In this document: in pieces, positions 1-8,794 of the stretch | Layout: each line of letters starts with the position of its first letter | How positions within the stretch are numbered: position 1 is the first letter of the stretch | Assembly: GCA_945883235.1 (NCBI GenBank) | Contig: CAMCXF010000009.1 | Coordinates: 34,632 to 98,631 of the forward strand | Origin: Phenylobacterium deserti | Lineage (GTDB): Bacteria; Pseudomonadota; Alphaproteobacteria; Caulobacterales; Caulobacteraceae | DNA length: 64,000 bases | Direction: 5' to 3' | Position numbers and translations under genes: made by a program | Notes under the pieces: generated by a model | Databases searched by the model: none | What the model saw: the letters and a program-made list of their open reading frames with translations, nothing else | Told to the model about the DNA's origin: nothing

Positions 1-2
1 TG

Positions 3-242
3 CAGCAGGCCGGCCGCAATAAACATGACCATATCTGCGAGTCGCTGGAGCTGTTCGCGGCCGAAGTCATGCCGGCCTTCAAGGCCGAGGTCGCCGAACG
101 TGAGGCGAAGAAAGCTCGGGAGCTGGAACCGTTCCTCGTGGCCGCGATGGCCCGGAAAAAGTGGATGAAGCCGTTGGCGGATCACGAGATTCCGGTGGTC
201 CCGTCCTCAAGGCCCAAGGCCCAGATCAACCAGGCGAGCTAG
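3..242 (+). CDS. C-terminal fragment of a luciferase-like (LLM-class) flavin-dependent oxidoreductase; the 5' end lies outside the window
   Basis: Frame 3 is open from the window edge to TAG at 240-242. The tail ...HICESLELFAAEVMPAFKAEV... resembles LLM monooxygenase C-termini. The fragment is short and recognised from memory only. Confidence 0.4.
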   Translation, partial: QQAGRNKHDHICESLELFAAEVMPAFKAEVAEREAKKARELEPFLVAAMARKKWMKPLADHEIPVVPSSRPKAQINQAS

Positions 243-342
243 CGCGCAGGGCCCCTGAAGCAAACGGATGTTTGCCTGCAAGGCGGAATTGGCGTTTCTT
301 ATTTTCTGAATACTGCGTCGCGTCGTCGCTTTCGGCACGCGA

Positions 343-1620
343 GTGAAGGAGACCTCGTCCATGGCCGACGGTGCCACCAACCTTAAAGATCAGGCCCGCG
401 CGGCCGCCTATGCGATCCCGCTGGAGGATATGCACCCCGGTGATCCGGAGCTGTTCCTCAACGATGCCCACTGGCCCTATTTCGAACGCCTGCGTGCCGA
501 GGACCCGGTGCACTGGTGCAAGGACAGTGAGTTCGGCTCCTATTGGTCGGTGACCCGCTATCAGGACATCATGGCGGTGGACACCAACCACGGCATGTTC
601 TCGTCAGACGCAGCACTGGGCGGCATCACCATTCGCGACGCGCGCCCGGATCTGCGCCGGCCCAGTTTCATCGCCATGGATCAGCCCAAGCACGACGTGC
701 AGCGCAAGGCCGTCAGCCCCATCGTGTCGCCCGCCAACCTGATGCAGATGGAGCCGATCATCCGCGAGCGCGCGGCGAAGATCCTCGACGCCCTGCCCAT
801 CGGTGAGACGTTTGACTGGGTCGACCGGGTTTCCATCGAGCTCACCACCCAGATGCTGGCCACCCTGTTCGACTTCCCGTTTGAGGAACGCCGCAAGCTG
901 ACACGCTGGTCCGACGTCGCCACCGCGATGCCGATCAAGGGCGGCATCGTCGAAACCGAGGACGCGCGCCAAGCTGAGCTGATGGAATGTCTGGCCTATT
1001 TCACCGGGCTCTGGAACGAGCGGGTCAATGAGCCGGTGCGCGGTGACCTGATCTCGATGATGGCGCACAGCGATGCGACCAAAAACATGACCCCGGACGA
1101 ATATCTGGGCAATGTCATCCTGCTGATCGTCGGCGGCAACGACACGACCCGCAACTCGCTGACAGGCGGCCTTTATGCGCTGAACAAGTTCCCGGAGCAG
1201 TTCGACAAGCTGCGCGCCGACCACAGCCTGATCACCAGCATGGTACCGGAAATCATCCGCTGGCAGACGCCGCTGGCCCACATGCGCCGCACCGCATTGC
1301 AGGACGTAGAACTGGGCGGCAAGACCATCAAAAAGGGCGACAAGGTTGTCATGTGGTACGTCTCGGGCAACCGCGACGATACCGAGATCGCCAATCCCGA
1401 AGCCTTCATCATCGACCGTGAGCGGCCCCGCCAGCACCTGTCGTTCGGCTTCGGCATCCACCGTTGCGTCGGCAACCGCCTGGCGGAGCTACAGCTGAAG
1501 ATCGTCTGGGAAGAAATCCTCAAGCGCTGGAGCCGCATCGAGATCATGGACGAGCCCAGGCGGGTGCGGTCCAGTTTCGTCAAGGGCTACGAGAGCCTGC
1601 CGGTCCGGATCGTCGGCTGA
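343..1620 (+). CDS. Cytochrome P450, CYP153-like (terminal alkane/alkyl hydroxylase type)
   Basis: It has the heme-thiolate loop FGFGIHRCVGNRLAE, the I-helix LLIVGGNDTTRNS and the N-terminal WSVTRYQDIMAVDTNHGMFSS. AAGGAG at 346-351 suggests the real start is ATG 361. Confidence 0.9.
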   Translation: MKETSSMADGATNLKDQARAAAYAIPLEDMHPGDPELFLNDAHWPYFERLRAEDPVHWCKDSEFGSYWSVTRYQDIMAVDTNHGMFSSDAALGGITIRDARPDLRRPSFIAMDQPKHDVQRKAVSPIVSPANLMQMEPIIRERAAKILDALPIGETFDWVDRVSIELTTQMLATLFDFPFEERRKLTRWSDVATAMPIKGGIVETEDARQAELMECLAYFTGLWNERVNEPVRGDLISMMAHSDATKNMTPDEYLGNVILLIVGGNDTTRNSLTGGLYALNKFPEQFDKLRADHSLITSMVPEIIRWQTPLAHMRRTALQDVELGGKTIKKGDKVVMWYVSGNRDDTEIANPEAFIIDRERPRQHLSFGFGIHRCVGNRLAELQLKIVWEEILKRWSRIEIMDEPRRVRSSFVKGYESLPVRIVG

Positions 1621-1624
1621 CGCT

Positions 1625-2668
1625 CTACGGCTTCCACGACACCTTGACGCCCCAGGTGCCCATCCGGGGTTTGACCACGACCGAGTCGCTGGCGCGGTAT
1701 TTCCAGGTGCTGTCGGGTCTCGCCCACTCGAGCTGGTAGCGAACCACATATCCGTCGTGGTCAGATAGGCCGGGCTGGCCCTTCGATTGTGCAAACATGA
1801 CGTCGGTCTTCAGGGGACGGACGCTGACCTGATCATCAGCGACGAAGGCCTGAAGGTCCTGTGAGCGCAGCCAGGGTTCGGAGGTGGGATCGCCGCCACT
1901 GTCCCCGCAGGCCGCCTCGGGGCGTTGGCTGCAGTACTCGCTGACCACAGTGTAGGGCCGATCCAGCGCGTTGAAATAGTAGCGTTGCGGCGAGTTCCGT
2001 ACGTTGAAGTCTCCACCCACGAGGATGGGAATGCCATCTGCGCGCGCTTCAGCAATGAACGCGTCCAACTGGCGAACCTGTTGATTGTGGGCGGCCAGGG
2101 ATTGCGCCGGCGCTGCGCGCGACGCGCGCCGGGAGTTGAGATGGGTATTGACGATATCGATCGGCGTCGGCGACCCGTCCGGGACAAGCCGTACCCGCAT
2201 CACGCCCTTGTTGGCGAAACAGTCCAGGCCAGCGCAGTGGCCAAAGGCATGTCGGGCGACGTCCACGATCGGCGCGTCCGACAGAACGTGGAGCCCGGCG
2301 CTCGTCAACCGCCCGAAACTGGTGCCGCGTCCCGGCCCCTTCGCCCAGAACCGGTAGCCGCTGGCCTGCACCAGCTCGGCCATTTCGCTTCGGAAGCCCT
2401 CCTGGATCAGGACGACATCCGGTTGGCTCCCTGATTGCCGCATCTGGGCCAGTTCCTGACCGATCGACCTGAGTGCGTCTCCGCGCCCGCTGGCCAGGGG
2501 CCAGGGAAGACCGCGGACGTTATAGGTCAGAACAGTGATGTCCGTCGTTTGCCCTGGCGTGCCGGGTGGCGGGATGGAAGCACCCGCCACGGCACCGGCC
2601 TCGACAGCAGGCCGCTGCAGCGACGCCACCGGTTCAATGTGATCCATGTACATCATCTGCCGCTCCAA
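1625..2668 (-). CDS. Endonuclease/exonuclease/phosphatase (EEP) family hydrolase, sphingomyelinase-C-like
   Basis: 347-aa ORF with the EEP motifs LTYNVRGLPW, VVLIQEGF, GGDFNV and LSDHDGY. Confidence 0.75.
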   Translation of the reverse strand: MERQMMYMDHIEPVASLQRPAVEAGAVAGASIPPPGTPGQTTDITVLTYNVRGLPWPLASGRGDALRSIGQELAQMRQSGSQPDVVLIQEGFRSEMAELVQASGYRFWAKGPGRGTSFGRLTSAGLHVLSDAPIVDVARHAFGHCAGLDCFANKGVMRVRLVPDGSPTPIDIVNTHLNSRRASRAAPAQSLAAHNQQVRQLDAFIAEARADGIPILVGGDFNVRNSPQRYYFNALDRPYTVVSEYCSQRPEAACGDSGGDPTSEPWLRSQDLQAFVADDQVSVRPLKTDVMFAQSKGQPGLSDHDGYVVRYQLEWARPDSTWKYRASDSVVVKPRMGTWGVKVSWKP

Positions 2669-3267
2669 AGACTTGCGAGCGCCTCGTTGCGGATCTCGAA
2701 GCGACCCACGTTCGACGAAGCGATGCGTTGCTTAAGTGCCGCCCCGGGACATTGTGGTTATCTTGGGGCGCAGGCTAGATGATCTGATTGGGTTACCGCC
2801 ACATGACGCCTTTGCTGCAGTATCGTGTCGGCGCAGGATTTGTCGGGCAGCATGATCAAGCCTGCTGGACGTCGCCATCGAACGCGCAACGTGGACTGGT
2901 GGAAAGAATCTGACGCTCCGCACCCACGCGGCCATAGGCCGGCAGGACCGTGGATTGCCGCATCGCCACGAGCGGACACTCCGAACGGCAGGGGGGGGGA
3001 GGCGGACATTGTGACCTTCCAGGCCATGACAACGCCCGCATATCTCGAAGCTGCGCGTGGACCGGCACCGGCAGTGGAGGCAGACCGCCTGGCTGATCAC
3101 ATCCGCCGAGAACCGGCGCGTTTGAACGAGATCGGCTTCACAAAAAACTCCATTCCGGCGTGTGACTACGCCAAACTGGAGAGCTTTTGCGCTTTGCCTG
3201 CCAGCACCACGCCGCCTGCCAGGACCCCCTGGATACGCTGAGCCGGCGCGAACCGTAGGGCGCCTAC

Positions 3268-4083
3268 TCAGACCGAAGGGCGCTCCCCCGCCGCAATCCG
3301 GGCCTCGATCCGGGCGAGCGCGGGGGCGAGGTCGGCGACGCTGTCGATGACGTAGTCGGATTTTGCGGCCTCCAGGCTCGCCCGCGCGACGGCCAGACGC
3401 CGGGCGCGCTCAGTGTGCGACAGCGCCAGATAGGCCTCGAGGCCCAGCCCCATGGCGTTTCCCGACGCGGCGACACCGATCGTCCAGGCGCCGGCCGCGC
3501 GTCCCTCGGCGATGCCAACAGGGGCGTCGTCGACCTTGACGCAGGTGGTGACCGGCGAGGTGACGCCCATGTCCGACAGCGCCCGCAGTATGGGTTCGGC
3601 GGACGGCCGTCCGCGTGCCGTCTCGCCCGCGCAGATCACCACTTCGGGCCTGTACCCCTGGGCAGCGGCCTTCGGCAGGATGGCCTGCATCATGGCGCGC
3701 GTGTAACCGGTCCCCGACCCCACCCGGACGCCCGCCGCGCGCAGCGCCTCGAAGGTCTCGCGCGCGCCCGGAATGAGTTGCGCGCATTCGCCGGCGGCAG
3801 CGATCATCAGAGGTTCGACGGCCCTGTGCAGCCGATCGATCTCTGCGTCGCCGGGCCCCTCGGCGTGCAGCGACAGCCAGGCCTCGCGCTGGCGCGGCAT
3901 CTCGAGCAGGCGGGCGATGTGATCGCGCTTGGCCATCCCCATATCCCGCCGGACGTCCGCCTCTGAGGCATCGACGCCCTCGTCCAGCAGCACTGCTTGC
4001 AACGCCCTCACGGGCGCGAGGCAGCCGAAATCGACCATGGTTCCGGCCCAGTCGAAGATCACCGCCTTTACAAGCCCGTTCAT
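3268..4083 (-). CDS. phnX: Phosphonoacetaldehyde hydrolase (phosphonatase)
   Basis: HAD nucleophile motif VIFDWAGTMVDFGC and Schiff-base lysine context MGMAKRDHI. By eye it aligns along its full length with Bacillus cereus PhnX. Its ATGA start overlaps the stop of the upstream gene. Confidence 0.85.
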   Translation of the reverse strand: MNGLVKAVIFDWAGTMVDFGCLAPVRALQAVLLDEGVDASEADVRRDMGMAKRDHIARLLEMPRQREAWLSLHAEGPGDAEIDRLHRAVEPLMIAAAGECAQLIPGARETFEALRAAGVRVGSGTGYTRAMMQAILPKAAAQGYRPEVVICAGETARGRPSAEPILRALSDMGVTSPVTTCVKVDDAPVGIAEGRAAGAWTIGVAASGNAMGLGLEAYLALSHTERARRLAVARASLEAAKSDYVIDSVADLAPALARIEARIAAGERPSV

Positions 4084-5225
4084 GCCGCCGCGCCCATCCG
4101 CACGCCGAAGAGGTCGCCAATCACCTCTTCAGCCAGGGCGAAGGCGGTCGACGCCCCCGTTCCGCTGGTCACCATGACCAGGCGAACCGATGGCTCGGGC
4201 GCGTCGACGAATGCCTGTTGCTCAGCGACGGCGTAGGTGCCGATCCAGCGATCCAGCACTGGCGGCGGCGGCCCAAACACGTGGGCGTATTCATCAAGGA
4301 TCAGACTGTCGACGAAGGCGCTCGCAAAGGGCTCCGGCGTCTCGGCGTAGTGATGGCTGTCACCGACCACGAGCGAGCCGTCGGCGCTCTGTACCACGAT
4401 CAGGTGAACACCGTTCCGCAGGTGGTCGGCCTGTTCCAGGTCCAGCCGTCGCCGTAGGGCCGCAGCCTGGGGCAATTCAGCGTAGCCCAGGTAGCGAATG
4501 AGCCCTAGGTCGGACATAACTGCGCCGGGTAGGCGGAACCCCGGATCAGACAGACGCAGCATCTGCAGGCGACAGCGCCGCACCTTGTGCGCCGCGATGC
4601 GTCCAGGAAACAGGGTGGCGAGGTCATCTCCCGGGCAGACGACGAGGGTCTCAGCGGCGATCTCGCCGCGCGTGGTCTCCAGGCGTCCGCTGCTTGCGCC
4701 CAGCACAGCAACGCCACGCAGGAACGCTACTCCAAAGGACTCTGTCAGCCAGGCTGCCAGTCGCGGAATCGCGGTGCGCGACTCTACGCGCAGCTCATGG
4801 GGACTCCACAGCGCGCCGGTAACGCCCTTGCCGATTTGGGGCAGACGCGCCCGGGCTTCATCGGCGCCGAGCAGATCGCAGCTTGCACCCATTTCGGTCT
4901 GCAGGAAGGCGGCCAACAGCTCGCGGGACTCCGGACGCCGGGTTGCCAACAGCAGGCCCCGCTGGACGATCTCGATCCCGGCCTGGGGTGCGATCTCGGC
5001 CCACACCTCGCGCGATCGCCTGGCCCTGGCCCAGGTTTCCCCGCGGGCTTGGCCGGTAACTGTAATGAATCCGAAGTTGCGCACGGAGGCGCCATTGGCC
5101 TGAGCGTCGCGGTCAACCACAACCACGCGCTTGCCTAGGCGCGCAGCTGCCAGAGCGTGCGCCAAACCCACTATGCCTGCCCCCACGACCGCGACGTCGT
5201 AGGGACCTTGCAGACTTCCAGTCAA
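4080..5225 (-). CDS. FAD-dependent (DAO-family) oxidoreductase of the phosphonate-cluster-associated type (TIGR03364-like), probable aminophosphonate oxidase
   Basis: Dinucleotide fold YDVAVVGAGIVGLAHA followed by ASVRNFGFI. It is translationally coupled to phnX (ATGA). Confidence 0.75.
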   Translation of the reverse strand: MTGSLQGPYDVAVVGAGIVGLAHALAAARLGKRVVVVDRDAQANGASVRNFGFITVTGQARGETWARARRSREVWAEIAPQAGIEIVQRGLLLATRRPESRELLAAFLQTEMGASCDLLGADEARARLPQIGKGVTGALWSPHELRVESRTAIPRLAAWLTESFGVAFLRGVAVLGASSGRLETTRGEIAAETLVVCPGDDLATLFPGRIAAHKVRRCRLQMLRLSDPGFRLPGAVMSDLGLIRYLGYAELPQAAALRRRLDLEQADHLRNGVHLIVVQSADGSLVVGDSHHYAETPEPFASAFVDSLILDEYAHVFGPPPPVLDRWIGTYAVAEQQAFVDAPEPSVRLVMVTSGTGASTAFALAEEVIGDLFGVRMGAAA

Positions 5226-5239
5226 CTCTACTCTCCGCC

Positions 5240-7684
5240 TCAGAACGCCATCGTCAGCGTGAAGGCAACGGTGCGCGGCGCACCCACGTTGTAGCGCTGG
5301 GTGAACTCGTCAAGAACACCTCCGATGTATTCTTCTTCCAGCAGGTTGTTGACGACCAAACGGCCCTCCGCGTAACGGCCCTCCTCCCCCAGCGAAATTC
5401 GATAGCCGACCGAGAGATCCACCAGGGTGTAGGCGGGCAGGGCCAGACCCGAAGTGTTGGCCGCATCGCCGGGCGCTTCGCCGACCCGACGCACGGACAG
5501 CTGGGCGGAGAAGTCCTCGCGCTGGTAATTCAATACCCCGGCCAGGATGTATTCGGGCGTACCCGACACCTTGGCGTCCTTCGCAACGATCAGGGGGTTT
5601 CCACTATAGCTGGCCGCCCTGAAGCCAGAGGTGTATTTGGCGTCGGTCACCGTGACCGCGCCGTAGGCGCTGAGCTCGTCGGTGAGGCGGACGTCGACGC
5701 TGCCCTCGAAGCCCATGCTTTCGACGCCGCCGTCGATGTTGAAGTAGGTGCCACCGGTCCCTGCGGAATAGTTGATACCGCCGGTTCCGACCGCGAAGTC
5801 GTTGGTCAGGAACACGATCGCATCGTCATACTTGATCCGGTAGACGCTTGCGGCCGCGCGGATGCGATCGCCCGTGAAGCGGACGCCCGCCTCGATATTG
5901 GTGGCCACTTCCGGCTTGAGATTGGTGAAGTCGGTGCCGGTCTTTTCCACCGCCCAGTCGCCGATCGCTGCGAAATTCTTGGAGTAACCCGCAAAGACCT
6001 GGATCTGGTCGGTTGCTTCGAAGACGACGCCGACGGAAGGCAGGAACTCATTGCTGTCGGACTCGAACGCCGAAGCGGTGGTCGAGATCTGCTGGCCGAC
6101 GGCGTTGAAGTTCCGGTCCTCGACCGAGGTTCCTTCCACGTCCACGAGGTAATGCTGCACTCCCAGGTCGATGGTGAGTTGATCGGTCACCTGCCAGGTG
6201 TCGGCGATATGGAACTTGAAGGAGTCGGTCTTGAAATTCTGTCGGAAATCCTCGCGGTATGTGATGTCCGAGGCGATCGGTCCCCTGCGGATATCCAGGT
6301 AGGGATACCATTTGCGACCGAAATCACGGTCAAGGTGTTCGTACCAGACGCCGGCGCGAATCTGGTGCCCGCCCCATTCGTACTCGCCGCTCGCCACGAT
6401 ACCGGTGCGGCGATGGTAGTAGGTGGAGTTGCGGTAGCTTTGCGCCGATGAGCAGTCAGCGCCGGCTCGCGCCGTGTTGTCCGGGTTGAAACAGGCTGAC
6501 GAGCGGACCTGCTGGCCCTGCAAGTTCGTGTAGATGCGTTCTACGCCGCCGGCCGCGAACGGCAGGACGGCCCGGCCCTGGGCGTCGGCCTGGGTGGTGC
6601 GGATGCGCGATCCGCCCAGGATAACCTGGGTCAAGGCTCCGGGGGTGGTCCCCACCAGGCGCGGCTCCTGGAACGGCGGCAGGAACTCGCCCACGCCTTC
6701 ATTGCGATGGCCGTAGGGTGCCAGCGTCAAGCGAAGGCTGTCGCTCACCCGCCAGTCGAACTTGAGGTACCCGAAGGTGTTATCGCGGATGGCGGCCCAC
6801 TCGTCGGCCCAGAACTCATTGGGTGTCGCGCTGGCCGTGTTGAAAACCGAAGCCGAACCATCGACGCGGTAGCCGGTCTGCTCGATGAACGCCCGGGTCG
6901 CCTCAATGACCGGGTCGTCGTCGCTCTCGTTGTGGGACACCCGCGCGGTGATGGTGAGCGCTCCGAGCTCGGTGACGCTCTTGGCCTCCACATGGAATTG
7001 CTCCAGACCGGCGGGCGTCGACCCCCCGTGCGGCCAGAGGTGCGTGTCGAGGTCCGACACCGACACATAGGCCCGCGTGTTTCCAAAGATGACGCCGGTG
7101 TCGAGGTTGGCATAGAAACGGCGACTGTTGTAGCTCGCAAGCGTCGCCGAGATCTTGCCTCCGAATTCCTGCGCCGGGTCACGGGAGAAGTAGGCGAGCG
7201 TGCCGCCCAAGGCCGAGGTCGAGGGCGAGCCGACATCGGCCGTGCCCTGGTTAACCTGCACACGTTGAGCGTTCTCGGTGAGGAGGTACTTCGCCGCCGG
7301 GGCGCCGCCAAGGTAGTAGGAGGCGTTGAACAGTGGCAGACCGTCCAGGGTCTGGCCGATCTTGGACGAACGTAGGTTAACCTCGAAGCCGCGGATGTTG
7401 ATGCCGTAGCTCCATGGGTCGCCATTGAAGGCGTCGGCGCCGCGGATCTGCACGCCGGGCACGAAACGCACGGCGTCGACGATGTTCTGACCGCCGGCAA
7501 GGCTCTCTATGCGCTGCTCGCCAACAACATTGTTGGCGCGGGCGAGCGGCTCGCCGGTCACCACCAGTTCCTCGACACTCGCGACAGCGTCGGCTGCCGC
7601 ATCGGCCGCCTCGGCGACGCCGGCAAATCCCACCACGCCGGCCGCACTGGTGGCGCAAAGCAGCGCCTTAAGCCTGAGTCGCAT
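5240..7684 (-). CDS. TonB-dependent outer-membrane receptor
   Basis: 814 aa with a signal peptide (MRLRLKALLCATSAAGVVGFAGVAEA), a plug region and a beta-barrel ending in the terminal ...FTLTMAF. Confidence 0.9.
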   Translation of the reverse strand: MRLRLKALLCATSAAGVVGFAGVAEAADAAADAVASVEELVVTGEPLARANNVVGEQRIESLAGGQNIVDAVRFVPGVQIRGADAFNGDPWSYGINIRGFEVNLRSSKIGQTLDGLPLFNASYYLGGAPAAKYLLTENAQRVQVNQGTADVGSPSTSALGGTLAYFSRDPAQEFGGKISATLASYNSRRFYANLDTGVIFGNTRAYVSVSDLDTHLWPHGGSTPAGLEQFHVEAKSVTELGALTITARVSHNESDDDPVIEATRAFIEQTGYRVDGSASVFNTASATPNEFWADEWAAIRDNTFGYLKFDWRVSDSLRLTLAPYGHRNEGVGEFLPPFQEPRLVGTTPGALTQVILGGSRIRTTQADAQGRAVLPFAAGGVERIYTNLQGQQVRSSACFNPDNTARAGADCSSAQSYRNSTYYHRRTGIVASGEYEWGGHQIRAGVWYEHLDRDFGRKWYPYLDIRRGPIASDITYREDFRQNFKTDSFKFHIADTWQVTDQLTIDLGVQHYLVDVEGTSVEDRNFNAVGQQISTTASAFESDSNEFLPSVGVVFEATDQIQVFAGYSKNFAAIGDWAVEKTGTDFTNLKPEVATNIEAGVRFTGDRIRAAASVYRIKYDDAIVFLTNDFAVGTGGINYSAGTGGTYFNIDGGVESMGFEGSVDVRLTDELSAYGAVTVTDAKYTSGFRAASYSGNPLIVAKDAKVSGTPEYILAGVLNYQREDFSAQLSVRRVGEAPGDAANTSGLALPAYTLVDLSVGYRISLGEEGRYAEGRLVVNNLLEEEYIGGVLDEFTQRYNVGAPRTVAFTLTMAF

Positions 7685-7774
7685 GATCTATCCCCTGACA
7701 GGCGGCGCGGCGGGAGGCCGGCGTCGTAGCTCAACAAGGAACGCCCGGACTGCCGGCGTTTCAAAGTCTTTGGG

Positions 7775-7801
7775 CCTATGCCGGGGATAGGCCGAAGCTA
7801 T
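7775..7801. promoter_or_regulatory. Candidate LysR-type operator (overlapping CCTAT-N7-ATAGG and ATAGG-N6-CTAT dyads) in the divergent promoter region
   Basis: Inverted repeats cctatgccggggatagg and ataggccgaagctat lie between the TonB receptor and the LysR gene. A third ATAGG occurs about 30 bp downstream. Confidence 0.3.
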
Positions 7802-7873
7802 GGGACCGAAGCGGAAGTTTCACGAAACAGCCATAGGCGACGGGTAAGGCGGAGCGTTAAGGAGACCCTCAGG

Positions 7874-8794
7874 ATGGCGGTCAATCTCCAGCACCTGCGC
7901 ACCTTTCACGCCGTCGCAATCGAAGGCAGCATAAGTCGCGCCGCGCGACGCCTCAACGTGAGCCAGCCAACCCTCTCGCAGCAGTTAAAGGCGTTGGAAG
8001 AGCGGCACGGAGTCATTCTCTTCGACGGGCGCAAGCCGCCGCTCCGGCTCTCCACCCTGGGTCGCGACCTGTTCGCGATCTCCCAACGACTGTTCGCCGC
8101 CAGCACCGATGTCGACGAGCTTCTTGGCGAAGCGCGCGGCCTCGACGCCAGCGTCACCTTGCGGATCGCGTCGGATTCACCGCCTTACGCGGCCCGGCTG
8201 ATCGCGGGGTTTCACCGCCGCCATGTCGATGCCAGCATCTCGTTGCGCGTGGGCAATGCGCGCGAAGTCATCGCGGCTCTTCGCGAAGGGCAGGTCGACG
8301 TGGCGATCGCGTCCGATCCTCCCGGCGACCCCCTCTTCGCCTACGAACCGCTGTTCGCCGACAACGTGGTCCTGGCGCTGCAGGCGGAACACCCGCTGAC
8401 TGCGGAGGCCAGCCTGCCGATCGACATCGTGCGGGATGAAATCCTGCTACGCCGGGAAGCGTCCTCGCGGACCCGCGCGGCCTCGGAGCGGGTGATGTCC
8501 GTCGCCGGCGTCGAGCCGCGCGGCGTGATCGACATGCACACCCGCGAGGCAGTGCGCGAGGGCATCGCACTGGGGCTGGGTGTGGGCTTCTTCTACTCTT
8601 CGGAATGTCCGCCCGACCAGCGTATCGCCTACCGCCCGATCGAAGGTTTGCGGCCCAACGGCGAGCTCAACGGCTATGTCGTCTGCCTGGCTGACCGCCG
8701 TCGCTCCGCGCTGATCCGTGAGGTCATGGTCGTGGCTGAGGCCCTGCGTCCGTTGAGTCCGTGCCCGCTGGCTCCGCGCGGCGCGGCGGCGTGA
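7874..8794 (+). CDS. LysR-family transcriptional regulator (aminoethylphosphonate-cluster type)
   Basis: N-terminal HTH MAVNLQHLRTFHAVAIEGSISRAARRLNVSQPTLSQQLKALEE. AAGGAG lies 10 nt upstream of ATG 7874, whereas the track ORF begins at 7778. Confidence 0.9.
   Translation: MAVNLQHLRTFHAVAIEGSISRAARRLNVSQPTLSQQLKALEERHGVILFDGRKPPLRLSTLGRDLFAISQRLFAASTDVDELLGEARGLDASVTLRIASDSPPYAARLIAGFHRRHVDASISLRVGNAREVIAALREGQVDVAIASDPPGDPLFAYEPLFADNVVLALQAEHPLTAEASLPIDIVRDEILLRREASSRTRAASERVMSVAGVEPRGVIDMHTREAVREGIALGLGVGFFYSSECPPDQRIAYRPIEGLRPNGELNGYVVCLADRRRSALIREVMVVAEALRPLSPCPLAPRGAAA

Noticed and set aside
2825-3241. 138-aa ORF (and the internal 72-codon ORF from ATG 3026) in the phnX-EEP gap.
   Set aside because: Third-position GC bias is weak compared with neighbouring genes, and there is no RBS or motif I recognise. 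It is kept only as part of the 'long non-coding gap' observation.
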